Shown in pieces: positions 42,385-55,917 of a stretch of DNA of 64,000 nt. This stretch comes from the human T2T-CHM13v2.0 reference genome, Homo sapiens. The stretch lies in assembly GCF_009914755.1 (NCBI RefSeq), contig NC_060938.1; one strand, given 5' to 3'. The notes beneath the pieces were generated by a model. The model ran no database searches. It had not been told where the DNA came from and saw only the letters and a program-made list of their open reading frames with translations. The translations under genes and the position numbers were made by a program. Each line of letters opens with the position of its first letter. Position 1 is the first letter of the stretch.

Positions 42385-42426
42385 AAGGTAAGTGGTATCT
42401 CATTTAAGGTAGGTGGTATCTCATTT
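42385..42426 (+). repeat. 21-bp tandem duplication
   Basis: aaggtaagtggtatctcattt followed by aaggtaggtggtatctcattt (1 mismatch). Confidence 0.95.
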
Positions 42427-42772
42427 CAACTTACAGTTTGAAATCACATAAATAGTGACAGATTCCATTTACCTTTCAGATTCTAGCAGCAGTTAAAAGA
42501 ACCAAGAGGAAGAAGTGGTTATCTGGACAGGGCACTCATTTCAAAACATGTATTACATTTTCAAAGATCCTAAAATTGCTGATGATAAACCACTTAATGG
42601 CACAAACTCTCTCTTCACCAAGAGCATTTTTTGCTGCCCTCGTTGCCACCCTGTAAAACAAAATGTGGGGGAACAATCGTAAGGCTGCCCTTTTAAATCA
42701 GAAAAATCATACAGAGCAAGAGCAGATAAAGTAATAACATCTCAGTGGGAAAAGTTACATTCCACAGGTCTC

Positions 42773-43599
42773 AAATCCCATTCCAAACTTAAAATTGAGA
42801 GTTGTTTCATACCCAGATAATTTGCAGATTCAGACTAATGTGTGCCTGCTATTTCAAAGCTGGTATGTTGTGAAGTCTTCCTTAATATCTAGTACATTTA
42901 TGATGGTTTTGGAGAAATTATCATCCAGCACTGGCATTGCCACTGCTAGCATAAATCAAGTAGTTTGGGGTTGTGCAAAGTGGGGGTAAAATCATATCAA
43001 GCCAAACAACAGATGCCAAAAGAAGGTGAACATCTCAGAGGTGAATAATAACTTGAGGGGAGATATCATGTCTTCACTTAAATCTTTCACAGCTTTTTAG
43101 TTCCAGGCATTTGGTTCAACCATCAGCTGTTTCACTGAGTTAGACAAGCCTGTGCTGCGTTCTGGTTTGGCTATGCATTTATTCAGTCAACAAAGATTGT
43201 TTACTGCCACTGTATGGCATTACTCACGATACATATGAGTATAAAAGTGAAAACAAGTGTCAGAACTTAATAAATGTCTCCTCTCAGGGCTCCACCTTGT
43301 CTAGGTTTCCTCATCCTAATTTTCTTTTGACATTGTATGATTTTAAGATATCATAAAGATGACAGCAGCAGGGGACAATTTTATCCCCACTTTGCACAAC
43401 CCCAAACTACTTGATTTATGCTAGTGGTGGCAATGCTAGTGCTAGATGATAATTTCTCCAAAACCATCATAAATGTGCTAGATATTAAGGAAGACTTCAC
43501 AACATACCAGCTTTGAAATAGCAGGCACACATTAGTCTGAATCTACAAATTATCTAGGTATGAAATTGAACTCTCAATTTTAGGTTTGGAAGGGGATTT
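42773..43599. repeat. Long inverted repeat: arms 42773-42992 and 43378-43599, spacer 385 bp
   Basis: Manual alignment gives about 11 substitutions and one 2-nt indel over ~220 bp. Perfect 67-bp core at 42826-42892 / 43478-43544. Confidence 0.97.
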
Positions 43600-44335
43600 T
43601 AAGATATCATTAAGATATCATCTGAAGATTGTTACCATACAAAGAACAGTGGGAAAACCCCTTATTTTATATATTTGCATTTTTCTTGCCTTCTACACTT
43701 CTTTTATAGAGCATGTAGTCATGCTAACTGAAGCACCAGAGTGTAGCATGCAACAACATGGACAACATGTCTGAATTTGGTTAAGCCCACAAAGCTTGAA
43801 CAATCATTCAAGATATTCACCTAAAGACCTGGCTAATGTTACCCATTCTTGGCATCAAAATCTGTGAAATGATCACCTCTAGTAAATTTCTATTTTTAAA
43901 TCTATTGAGTGAAGTGAAAAGCGTTTCACTATCAGTACCTTATTCTTTAATTATAAAGCGCTATTGAGTTTCAGTTATCATCTCAAAGAGATGGAGGAAA
44001 AGGGAAATAAGTTCTAAGTTAATACTTTCCATGTTGCTGGTGGGCCAGGGAGGAGGAGGTGAATTCATTTTCCATATGTGATAATATATTTTAGCAGAAA
44101 TCCTTTGTTTCATTTTCGTTTTTAATTTGAATTGACAGCATAAACAATAGCCTGGATTCCTGCTTCCTGCTAAGCTATTTATTTTTGTAAGACCTATGTT
44201 GTCATATTAAGACTCTTTAATTTTTTTCTGATTACTCAATAAATCTCTGGTACTGACGGAATTCATGCCATTTATTCCTATACATCACAAATTAGTTGAT
44301 TATATAATATTAACATATAAATGATAGTATTTTAA

Positions 44336-44631
<296 letters not shown>

Positions 44632-44679
44632 AGTATTTTAACTTTTATGAAAAATGCTTCCAATGTTTTCCAAACATTA

Positions 44680-45021
<342 letters not shown>

Positions 45022-46169
45022 TCACTACTCGCAAAGTCTTAACTAAGATTGTTCCCTACATTGAAGCCACTATTTTCTCGCTGATAATCACGCTCTCAAA
45101 GCCCTAAAGGGTTGCACAAATTGTTACTCCCCATTATCTCTTTCTTAATATCTGGCCATTTATTTTTATCATCATCTCTGTCTTAAAAATTCAGCTGTCT
45201 GAGTTTTCTTTTTAACCTTTTCCAATCAACAGTACCTCCCAAAAATGAGGAATAAGGAGAAAGAGGAAAAGAAGCAAAAATAGAAGAAAAGTTTTGAAAG
45301 TTTGTTTCTAGTGGCTTTGATGAGCAGTTAAAAATAACCAACTTTGTGCTTTTGAATTTGCTGGCGTTGCTTGACAAGAATGGGTGGGGGCCCAGGAAGC
45401 AGTCGTTGGACCTCTGGCTCTCTGCTCATCTGTTACTGTATTTACCCAGAGAGTGCTGAAGCAACATCGCTGAATACTTGGTCACAACCTCTTTCCTGTT
45501 CTTCTTGTTCTACTGCCTCAATTTGGCCTCAGAAAAAGTGAGGGAAAAGAGGAATTAAGAAGTACAAAATGGGGGGCGGGGAGATCCCCGCCCCATGGAA
45601 TGGATCTTTGCCCTTTAAATATCCCATAAAGAGTTTTGGTTATCATACTTTGCAATCCTATTCAGTCCTTCAAAAATTTACTTTCAAAGAAAGATGTAAG
45701 CCCATAGAAAAGCATTCCACCTGATTCCCAGAACTTAGCACAAATTCTGGCATAATCCAGTCTTAGAAAAAATAATATAAAGAAGTATACAAGAGCTCAA
45801 ATATAATATGAAATTGTAATAATACAAATGATATCAACAGGTTCTCCATGCTAAGTGCTTCAGAAATGCATCATTCTTTTTCTAAAGCTCTGTGGAGCTG
45901 AGACAAAATTCTTCCCCAAAACAGCAGAAAAAGTGAATGATGACTAACTAGAGTCATTTGCTCCCAATTTTCTGACCAGCCTGTGCTGTGTAGGAGCCCT
46001 GCCTCACTCCCACCTTTGGTGTTTGGGTCAAGACTCTGCAGGCAAGCCCTGTTATCTAGAAACCATATCTTAAGGTGTCAAGTGTCATAAAGCTGACCAA
46101 CTTATAATCCTGTATTTGTCTCTCAAACACCCTTGGTTTTATCATGCATGGAAGCCATCTCACAAACAG

Positions 46170-46243
46170 CAAAGCAGAGAGGAATAAAGGTTTTTAAATA
46201 TATATACAAAGCAGAGAGGAATAAAGGTTTTTAAATATATATA
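46170..46243 (+). repeat. Perfect 37-bp tandem duplication
   Basis: caaagcagagaggaataaaggtttttaaatatatata twice. Confidence 0.97.
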
Positions 46244-47978
46244 TATATAATCAGGCCACATTGAAAGAGCTAAACACTGGACACTTAAGCAGCAAAAATC
46301 AGTGTGATATGTACAATAACAAGAGTAACTGCAAAACAAAAGTGTGTTTGTTCAATGACCCCACTCTAAATAATCCTACTCTCTAAAGTTGCAAATAAAG
46401 AATAAATAAGACTATGTGCCATGTTCTCCTTTATTCTTGATGCTGTCCAGAATAGGTAAATTGTCCTGTTTTAAAGTCGGGTCTCTTACTAAAAAAGCCA
46501 AGGTCTCAATGCAGGATTGACGGTAGTCACACAAAGTTAAGGGGTTGGTTGATACCTGGTAAAGATTATGTGAGCTGGGCCATCAAGTTAGTTTATTTCA
46601 AAGACCCCCAAATATGTGGTCTGTCCTCAAAAAAATAAACATTTTTAAAACCAAAATTGTATAAAATATACACCGAATACAAGTTAAACTAAGGAAGAAC
46701 AATAGTGACATTAACTATGCCATCAGCCCAGACACTCACCCACAGAGCTAGAATCTTCTGAGCTCATTTTAATGACTGTTAAGTCTTTCACTAAAGCTTC
46801 AATACATCAAATATATTCATTATCTTCCAGGTTTTCAGGAGCTAATTACTAACGTGATCTTCTCCTGAAATACTGTGCTTTTAAGTTAAAACAGACAAAT
46901 TCAGTGCAACATAAGCTGGTTCTGTGGAGGTTATCTCAATGCTCTGAAATTCTTACTCATCTGCTTTGGCTATGTAAGTGGTGACCCAGTGCCCTTATCT
47001 GGGTCATCATTTCACAAAAAGCCAACTTAGTTACTTGATTTAAAAAAAGAAATTCAAGTACAGAGTCTGAATAGTAAATATTTCTATTCGAAGTGTGAAC
47101 ACAAACATGTTTCCTTAACAGTTTATCCACTGGGAAATATTTTTAGAGATGGGTGATGCTGTTCTTTCTCTAAGTGCTCCTAGAGCAAAAATGTGTGTGA
47201 CTTATTTCTAAACTCAAGAAATGGCATTAATTGAAAACCCAGGTGCCACAAACCTGACGAAGCTAAACGGTGCTTCCAGTGCACCTTGTTTTCTGTGTTT
47301 TCTCCTCCACTAGCTGTTCTGGCCTAAATCGAGTCCCTCGGACTTCCTTTGTTGTCTGCTGCTTTCATTACATGTTACACCATAGATTAGCCCAGATCAT
47401 TGTCCATCTAAACCCAGAGCAATTTTAATTGAAAGAAAAAGAGCATTCGAAAGTTGAACATTAAGACTTTAAAAGTCACAAAGTAATAATAGTGAAATAT
47501 CTCATTTCCTTCCGTTGCTGGATTCTTGGTGAAACTGATTGTTGTGGTATGTTGGTGCTTTCTGATTTGGAAGATGAAAATGTCAGAAATCTAAGCATCT
47601 AAGAAGTAGCTACTTAAAATAGCTAGTTGGGAGAAAACCAGCCAGAGGAGTTTAAAAAAAAAGTATAAAAGCAAGAGCCTATTGTTTCATTAAGAAAACA
47701 ACAAAGATATCTAAAATCTGAATGAGAAAATATTTAATGAACAAAGAAATATACTTTATTAGCTATAAAACTAAATTAAGTCTCTCAGGTTTTAACTATA
47801 ATTTCCCTATGATGACAGGATTAGGGGTCTGGGGAAGACACCAAACTGGGCCTCACATATGCCATCTCGGCAAAGAAACAGAGGAGACACACCACAGCAA
47901 AGTGAATCATGATGTCTGTCTTCATGATAGCTATATTGTGTCACATATTTAATACACTGAGCTCCCCCAAGGAAATAA

Positions 47979-48320
<342 letters not shown>

Positions 48321-48825
48321 TAAGAATAATGAGAACTAAAACTTTTTTCTCAAATAAATATGTATAACTTTAAGGACTTTGGCACTTTCAAAAACTTCCC
48401 AGAGTCAAAAGAAAATAAAAATTTTAAATATTTTAGTATTTCTGTTGTTTCAGAAAGGAAGTGCTGTCTTAATGGACTTGATATCGTCATCTCCTCCCAC
48501 AGCTCCCCAGGGTAGAGACTGTTTTATACAGTAGCTATTCTGCTCAAAGCTTGTCAGAAGCAGGTCCAGGACCAGGATCCAGATGTATTTCCTGCTATGA
48601 TTTAATATTACATTTCAGGCAATAAGTGCCTAAAGCAATTGGTTTCTCCACTATAGGAGAAACAGAAGAAAACCCTAGTGAGAATATTTGCATGTGCTAT
48701 TGTAATAGTAAAAGTGACAGTAATGTGAGTGTGTTTATTAGAGTACACCAAACTGGAATCTACTAATTTTTTGTCATTTGATTCTGGGTGGACAGTATAT
48801 TCTGCCTTATTGTAACATTAAACCC

Positions 48826-49318
48826 TGTCATGCCGGACCCCTATTAACTTCAGCAGGAATGGCACAAGGTTCAAGAGGCCAAAGAGGAGACCTGGAACCA
48901 GAAAATGAGACATAGGGTTTTATTAGCAGGAAACTTACCTCCAGGAACAGTCCAGTGGCAGCGAGCTGGATAGCAGAACCTCATGGCCCAGTGGCAGCAG
49001 GCTGGGCAAGAGAACCGCAACTGCTTGCTAAAAGCATGCAGTTTATACAGCATTTTCACTTAGCACCCTTTCCCTAACAACCTCCAGCCAGCAACCTTCA
49101 TCCAACCCCAAACAAAGGGCCCCAGTTCCCCACATGGCCTGCGTTCTGCGGGACAGACCATGGGTCCAGATGTTTATCATAGACAAGGAATGAATCTCTG
49201 GGTTGGCTAATCCTGGACTCCTCTGCTCAGAATTCCAAACACACATTCAGGTGTGCCTGCCATACAGGGTCATCTAGGATATGCTTAAGTTACCGCTATC
49301 AGGTGCATCTCCCATACA
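48826..49318 (-). mobile_element. ERVL solo LTR (LTR32-like)
   Basis: TG...CA ends. Minus strand begins tgtatgggagatgcacctgatagcggtaacttaagcat, has tataaa and AATAAA in LTR order. Family name from recall. Confidence 0.75.
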
Positions 49319-49686
49319 GACACATCATCCTATTACCTACATAATACCAAACAGACACTAAATCAATGAAATGAATTCAAGTAAGAATCTATTCTAATCC
49401 TCCCTGGACAGTAATGTGATGGATTTAGAGAAGGGCAGGGCTACTTTTCAACAGTTTTTACCATCTCAAGTGTGACTACCACTGGCTCACGGTACCAGCA
49501 AGGAATACAGCGTTGTTTGGGGAAGAACACATTCAAATAGTTCTACCATCTTTAAAACATGCCATTTTGCTGATAGGTATCTGAAAGATGAACAAGGTGT
49601 GTATTGAGAGAATGAACTCACCTGCCTTATATTTTGGACTTCATTGGTCTTTTCTGAGCTCCTGTTATTTAATCAATTTTCTTTTT

Positions 49687-52600
49687 CTTTTTCTTTTTTC
49701 ACACAGTGCTTACAATTAGCTTTTTTATTTTTTCATGTTTATTCAACTTTCATTTTAGGTTTAGGGAATATATGTGAGGGTTTGTTATCTGGGTCTACTG
49801 TGTGATGCTGAGGTTTGGGATACAAATGACCCCATTACCCATATATTGAGCATAGTAGCCAATAGTTTTTCAACTCTTGCTCCCTCCTTCCTTCGCCTCT
49901 CTAGTAGTCCCCAGTTTCTACTGTTGCCCTCTTTATGTCCATGAGTACCCAGTGTTTAGATCAACTTACAAGTGAGAACATGCAGTATTGGTTTTCTGTT
50001 CCTGTGTTAACTCACTTAGAATAATGGCCTCCAGCTACATCCATGTTGCTGCAAAGAACATGATTTCATTCGTTTTTATGGATGCATAATAGTCCATGGT
50101 GTATATGTATCACATTTTCTTTATCCAATCCACCATTGATGGACACTTAGGTTGATTCCATATCTTTGCTATTGTGACTAGTGCTGCAATGAACATAAGA
50201 GCGCACATATCTTTTTGGTAAAACAATTTGTTTTCTTTTGGACATATACCCAGCAATGGGATTGCTGAGTCGAATGATAGTTCTGTTTGAAGTTTTTTCA
50301 GAAATCTCCAAACTGCTTTCCACAGTGACTGAACCAATTTACATTTCCACCAACCACATATACACATTCCCTTTTCTCCACAGCCTCACCAGTATCTGTT
50401 GGTTTTTGACTTTTTGGTAGTAGCCATTGTGACTGGTGTGAGGTGGTATTTCGTTGTTGTTTTGATTTGCATTTCTGTGATGATTAGTGATGTTGAGCAT
50501 TTTTTCATATGCTTACTGGCCACTTGTATGTCTTTTTGGAGATGTGTTTGTTCATGTATTTTGTCCATTTTTTAACAGGGCTGTTTTTTGCTTGTTCAAC
50601 TGTTGAAGTTCCTTATATATTCTTGGATGCATAATTTGCAAATATTTTCTCCCATTCTATAAGTTGTCTGTTTACTCTGTTGATAGTTTCTTTCGCTGTG
50701 CAGAAGCTGTTTAGTTTAGTTAGATTCTACTTGTCAATTTTTGTTTTTATTGCAATTGTTTTTGGGGACTTAGTCCTAAATTCTTTGCCATGGCTGAGGT
50801 CAGAATGGTGTTTCCAAGGTTTTTTCCTATAATTCTTATAGTTTGAGGTCTTACATTTAAATCTTTAATCCATTTTGATTAATTTGTATATATGGTGAAA
50901 GGTAAGGGTCCAGCTTCATTCTTCTGCATATCACTAGCCAGCTATTCCCAGCTATTCCAGCACCATTTATTGAATAGGATTTCCTTTCCCTGATGCTTAT
51001 TTTTGTCAGTTTTATCAAAGGTCAGATGGCTATAGATGTGCAGTTTTATTTCTGGGTTCCCTATTCTGTTCCATTGGTCTACATATCTGTTTCTGTACCT
51101 GTAGCTGTTTGGGTTACTGTAGACTTATAGTAGTTTGAAGTCAGGTAATGTAATACCTCTGGCTGTGTTCTTTTTGCCTAATATTCCTTTGGCTGTTTGG
51201 GCTCTTTTTTTTTTTTTTTTTTTTTTTTTGTTCCATGTGAATTTTAGAATAGCTTTTCTAGTGCTGTGAAAAATGACATTTGTAGTTTGATAAGAATAGC
51301 ATTGAATCTGTAGATTGCTTTGGGCAGTATGGCCATTTTAATGATATTGATTCTTTCAGTCCATGAGCATGGAATGTTTTTGCATTTGTTTGTGTCATCT
51401 ATGATTTCTTTTAGCAGTGTTTTGTAGTTCTCCTTGTAAAGATCTTTCACCTCCTTGGTTAGATGTATTCCTAGGTTGTGTGTGTGTGTGTGTGTGTGTA
51501 TGTGTGTGTGTGTGTCTACTGTAAATGGGATTATGTTCTTGTTTTGGCATTCAGCTTGAACATTATCAGTATATAAAAATGCTACTGATTTTTTGAACAC
51601 TGGTTTTGTATCCTGAAACTTTACTAAAGTCGCGTACCAGTTCCGGGAGACTTTTGGCAGACTCTTTAAAGTTTTCTAGGTATAGAATCATATCATTCAC
51701 AAAGAGAGATAGTTTGACTTCTTTTCTTATTTGGATGCTTTTCTTTTTTTTTTTTTTTTTTGAGACGGAGTCTCGCTCTGTCACCCGGGCTGGAGTGCAG
51801 TGGCATGATCATGGCTCACAGTAGTCTTGACCTCCCATCCTCCCACCTCTCAGCCTCCCAAGTAGCTGGGACTACAATAAGTAGCTGAGCGCCACCATGA
51901 CTAATTTTTTTTTTTCATAGAGATGGGGTTTCATCATGTTGCCCAGGCTGGTCTCAAACTCCTGGGCTCAAGCAATCCACCTGCCTCAGACTCTGGATGC
52001 CTTTTAATTCCTTCTCTTGCCTGATTACTCTGACTAGGACTTCCAGTACTATATTGAACAGGAGTGGTGAGAATGGGCAGCCTTGTCTTGTTCTAGTTCT
52101 CAGGGGAAATGTTTCCAGCTTTTTCCAATTCATTATGATGTTGGCTGTAGGTTTGTCATAGACAGCTCTTATTTTGAGGTAGGTTCCTTCAATGCCTAGT
52201 TCCTTGAGGGTTTTATCATGAAGGGATACTGGATTTTGTCAAAAGCTTTTTCTGCATCAATTGAGATGATCATATGGTTTTTGTTTTTAATTCTGTTTAT
52301 ATGGTGAATCACATTTATCAATTTGCATATGTTGAAATAACCTTGCATTCAAGGAATTAAGCCTACTGGGTCATGGTGAATTAACTTTTTGATGTGCTGT
52401 TGGATTCAGTTTGCTAGTATTTTGTTGATGATTTTTGCATCTATGTTCATCAGAGATAGTGGCCTCTAGTTTTCTTTCTTCCCTGTGTCATTTCCGGCTT
52501 TTGGCATTAGGGTGATCCTGGCTTTGTAGAATGAGTTACAGAGCAGCCGCTCCTCCTCAATTTTTTGCAATCGTTTCAGTAGAATTGCTACCAGCTCTTC

Positions 52601-53922
52601 TTTGTATGTCTGGTACAATTTGGCTGTGAATCCATCTGATCCAGAGCTTTTTTTTTTTTGGTTAGTAGGCTTTTTACTGCTGATTCAAGTTTGGAATTTG
52701 ATATTGGTCTGTTCATGGTTTCAATTTCTTCCTGATTCAATCTTGGGAGATTGTGTGTTTCCATAAACGTATCCATTTCCTTTAGGTTTTCTAATTTGTG
52801 TGCATAGAGGTGTTCATAAACTCTCTGAGGATGTTTTGTATTACTGTGGGATCAGTTGTAATGTCACCTTTGTCATTTCTGATCGTGCTTATTTGAGTCT
52901 TCCCTTTTTTCTTTGTTAATCTAGTTAGTGATCTATCAATCTTGTTTATCCTTTCAAAGAACCAACTTTTGATTTCATTGATTCTTTTTATAAATCTTTG
53001 CATCTCAATTTCATTCAGTTCTTCTCCAATTTTAATTATTTCATTTCTTCTGCTAGCTTTGGGGTTAGTTTGTTCTGGTTTTTCTAATTCCTTCCGGTGC
53101 AATGTTAGATTGTGAATTTGAGATCTTTCTAACTTTTTAAGGTAGACATTTAATGCTATAAGCTTTTCTCCTAACACTGCTTTTGCTCCATCCCAGAGAT
53201 TTTAGTATGTTGTGTCTCTGTTTTCATTTACTTCTGCCTTAATTTTGTTGTTTACCCAAAAGTCATTTAGGATCAAGTTGTTTAATTTCCATGCAACTGT
53301 GTGGTTTTGAGAGTAATGCCCTTATCTGTCCTTTTTTACTTTTTGTTGTTGGTTTAAAGTCAGTTTCATCTGATATAAGAAGACCAGCCCTTGCCCTTTT
53401 TTGTTTTCCATTTGCATGATAGATCTTTCTCCAACACTTTACTTTGAGCCTATGGATTGTTACATGTGAGATGGGTCTCTTGCAAATAGCAGACACATGG
53501 GTCTTTTTTTCTATCCAACTGACACTCTGTGCCTTTTAAGTGGGATGGTTAGACCATTTACATTCAAAGTAAATATTGACACATGAGGCTTTGATCGTAT
53601 CATGAACTTGTTAGCTGGTTGCTTTATAGTTTCTATTATGTGGTTGCTTAAAGAGTTGGTGGGCTATGTACTTAAGTATATTTTTGTGGTAGCAGATATC
53701 ATTCTTGTTTCCATGTTTAGAACACCCTTAAGGATCTCTTATAGGCCTGGTCTAGTGGTAATAAATTCCCTTAGCACTTGCTGGCTTAGAAGAATTTTTA
53801 TTTCTCTTTTGCTTATGAAGCTTAGTTTGGGGGGGTAAGAAATTCCTGGTTGGAATTTCTTTTATTTAAGAATGCTTAAGATAGGCCCCCAGTATCTCCT
53901 GGCTTGTAAGATTTCTGCTGAG
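49687..53922 (-). mobile_element. Old L1PA (L1PA13-16-like), 5'-truncated in ORF1, inactive
   Basis: ORF2 peptides ([12 protein letters not shown]; [13 protein letters not shown]; [28 protein letters not shown]; WNQPKCPSMVDWIKKM), L1PA 3' UTR, and 14-bp TSD tcaattttcttttt at 49673-49686 and 53923-53936. Confidence 0.95.
51744..51993 (-). mobile_element. AluJ, 5'-truncated, inside L1
   Basis: J diagnostics (gatcatggctcac, ctcctgggctcaagcaatcc). TSD tggatgc(t/c)ttt. Confidence 0.9.
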
Positions 53923-54834
53923 TCAATTTTCTTTTTGAAGACATTAAGTAATATACTTTTCAAATTAATCCTTTTCCCTAAAAAGTCAAAGCTGGTGTTC
54001 ATACAGTTCACACCAGTATAGTCATGCCAGTTATACACAACTGACAACCATTCTGATTAGTCAGAATTAGTGCCTGTGTTGATCGGTTGGTGAATATTTT
54101 GAATATCATCCCTCCCTACCCAAAGTTAGTATGTATGCTTACTTTTTGTTGTTTCTATTCATTGTTGGGCCAGATGGATCTGATAGGAAAGCCTGAATTT
54201 ACTTTTAACTACTTAGATTTTAATCCAAGTTCCACAGTTTAACTAGTTTTGTGACTAATTTCTGGAGATTAATTTTCTCATCTGTAAAATAAAGATAATA
54301 ACATATGTCATTATATATATATATATAATGGGTTTATTGAGAAGATAAATTTAATTCATGAAGAGTGCTTTGATCAGTACTGATTCACAGTAAAATGTTG
54401 CATTATTGGTAGCTATTATTAGGCATTTAAAGGCCTAACCTCTAACTGCACTCTTCTCACATACTTTCAACATTCTTCTCCTGAAAAAATAAAGGAAGGG
54501 AGGGATTAAGATTAATTCATAAGCATTGTAGATTATCTGACACAAAAAAGGACAGAAAAAGGAGACAGAAAAATATAATTTTAAGACAACCTCTTCGAGC
54601 TCAAGACAGACTTCCTAAACAGACATCACCTGCCTAGAAAGAAGTTACAAATATCAAGTGAGTTCAAACACAGTATATAATATACTTTCAAATATTTCAT
54701 GCCATGTGGATTGATTTGTATTTTGTGAGAATATCCTTTAATCTTGTATTTATTTAATGTTTATATAACACAATTCCTTAAGAAATTTGTAAGCTAGTTT
54801 CTTCCTTTCTGTAATATATTTCATCTGGGTTAAA

Positions 54835-55090
54835 TAATAATTAGCATTTATTGAATGTTTATGAAGTATCAGGCACTATTCTAGGTGCTTTGTGCATATT
54901 AACTATCTTAATGCTCCCAACAAACCTATGTGGTATAAGTACTATTATTATTTCCATCTTCCAGAAGACTAAGCTAATCCATAGAAATGTCTTTAAATTT
55001 ATATAGATTATACACCTAACAATGATGAACCTGAGATTTGACCTAACATCTGGCTGTAGAGCTCTGGCTATCAGCCATTCTACTATACAG
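54835..55090 (-). mobile_element. MIR
   Basis: agcatttattgaatgtttat...caggcactattctaggtgctt...attattatttccatctt. Confidence 0.75.
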
Positions 55091-55717
55091 CTTCTTTTCT
55101 GGATGCAACATATGTAAAATTTCCTACTCTCTTTTATAGATGTGATTATTTCGGATGTTAAATAACAATTGAATTAACAATTGGACCCAAATCCACACCT
55201 ACCATTTGCCACTTCCTGCATAGGTCATTCCAAAAGTGTTTTGAATTAAATTGAATATAAAAGTCTTTGAAATAAATTTTGGAAATAAGAGTTGACCAAG
55301 TAAATTCAAGAAAGGATACACTCAAAAAGGAATGGACCTTGATCAAGCAAGGTATGTTTTGTTAGTTTACTAGTGATGTCCAAAAAACCATTACAAATGA
55401 TATTTGGATCCACCTGTTTCAGATAGATCCCTATACCAATAACTCTCAGTTTTATTTTTTAAATAATATTGGTTTAGGTTAGAAAAATAATCTATGATAT
55501 TCATGGACATATAGGAAACATGAAAAAGCACAAAGGAGAAACTAAAAATCCGCCATTATCCTACCTCCCCAAAATAGTCATTCTTAATAATTGAGTTCTG
55601 TTAACTTACAGTTTTCTAGGGAACAAAAATATTACTTCATTAAGAATCTTATTAATAATTATATAATGACAGCATTTTCAATTATTGATAATTGAGGAGA
55701 CTTGAATCCACAGTAAC

Positions 55718-55917
55718 CATGGAAAGCAGTTTGGAGATTTCTGAAAGAACTTAAAACAGAGCTACCATTTGACCCAACAATTCCATTACTTGGTATATGT
55801 CCAAAAGAAAACAAATTGTTCTATCAACATAAAATGTTATCCATAAAAAGAATGAAATCATGTTCTTTGCACCAACATGGATGCAGCTGGAGGCCATTAT
55901 CCTTAATGAATTAACAC
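55718..55917 (+). mobile_element. Internal L1P fragment (ORF2 end) lacking 3' end and tail
   Basis: ggaaagcagtttggagatttc...ccatttgacccaac joined to ccataaaaagaatgaaatcatg...ggaggccattatcct. Confidence 0.85.
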
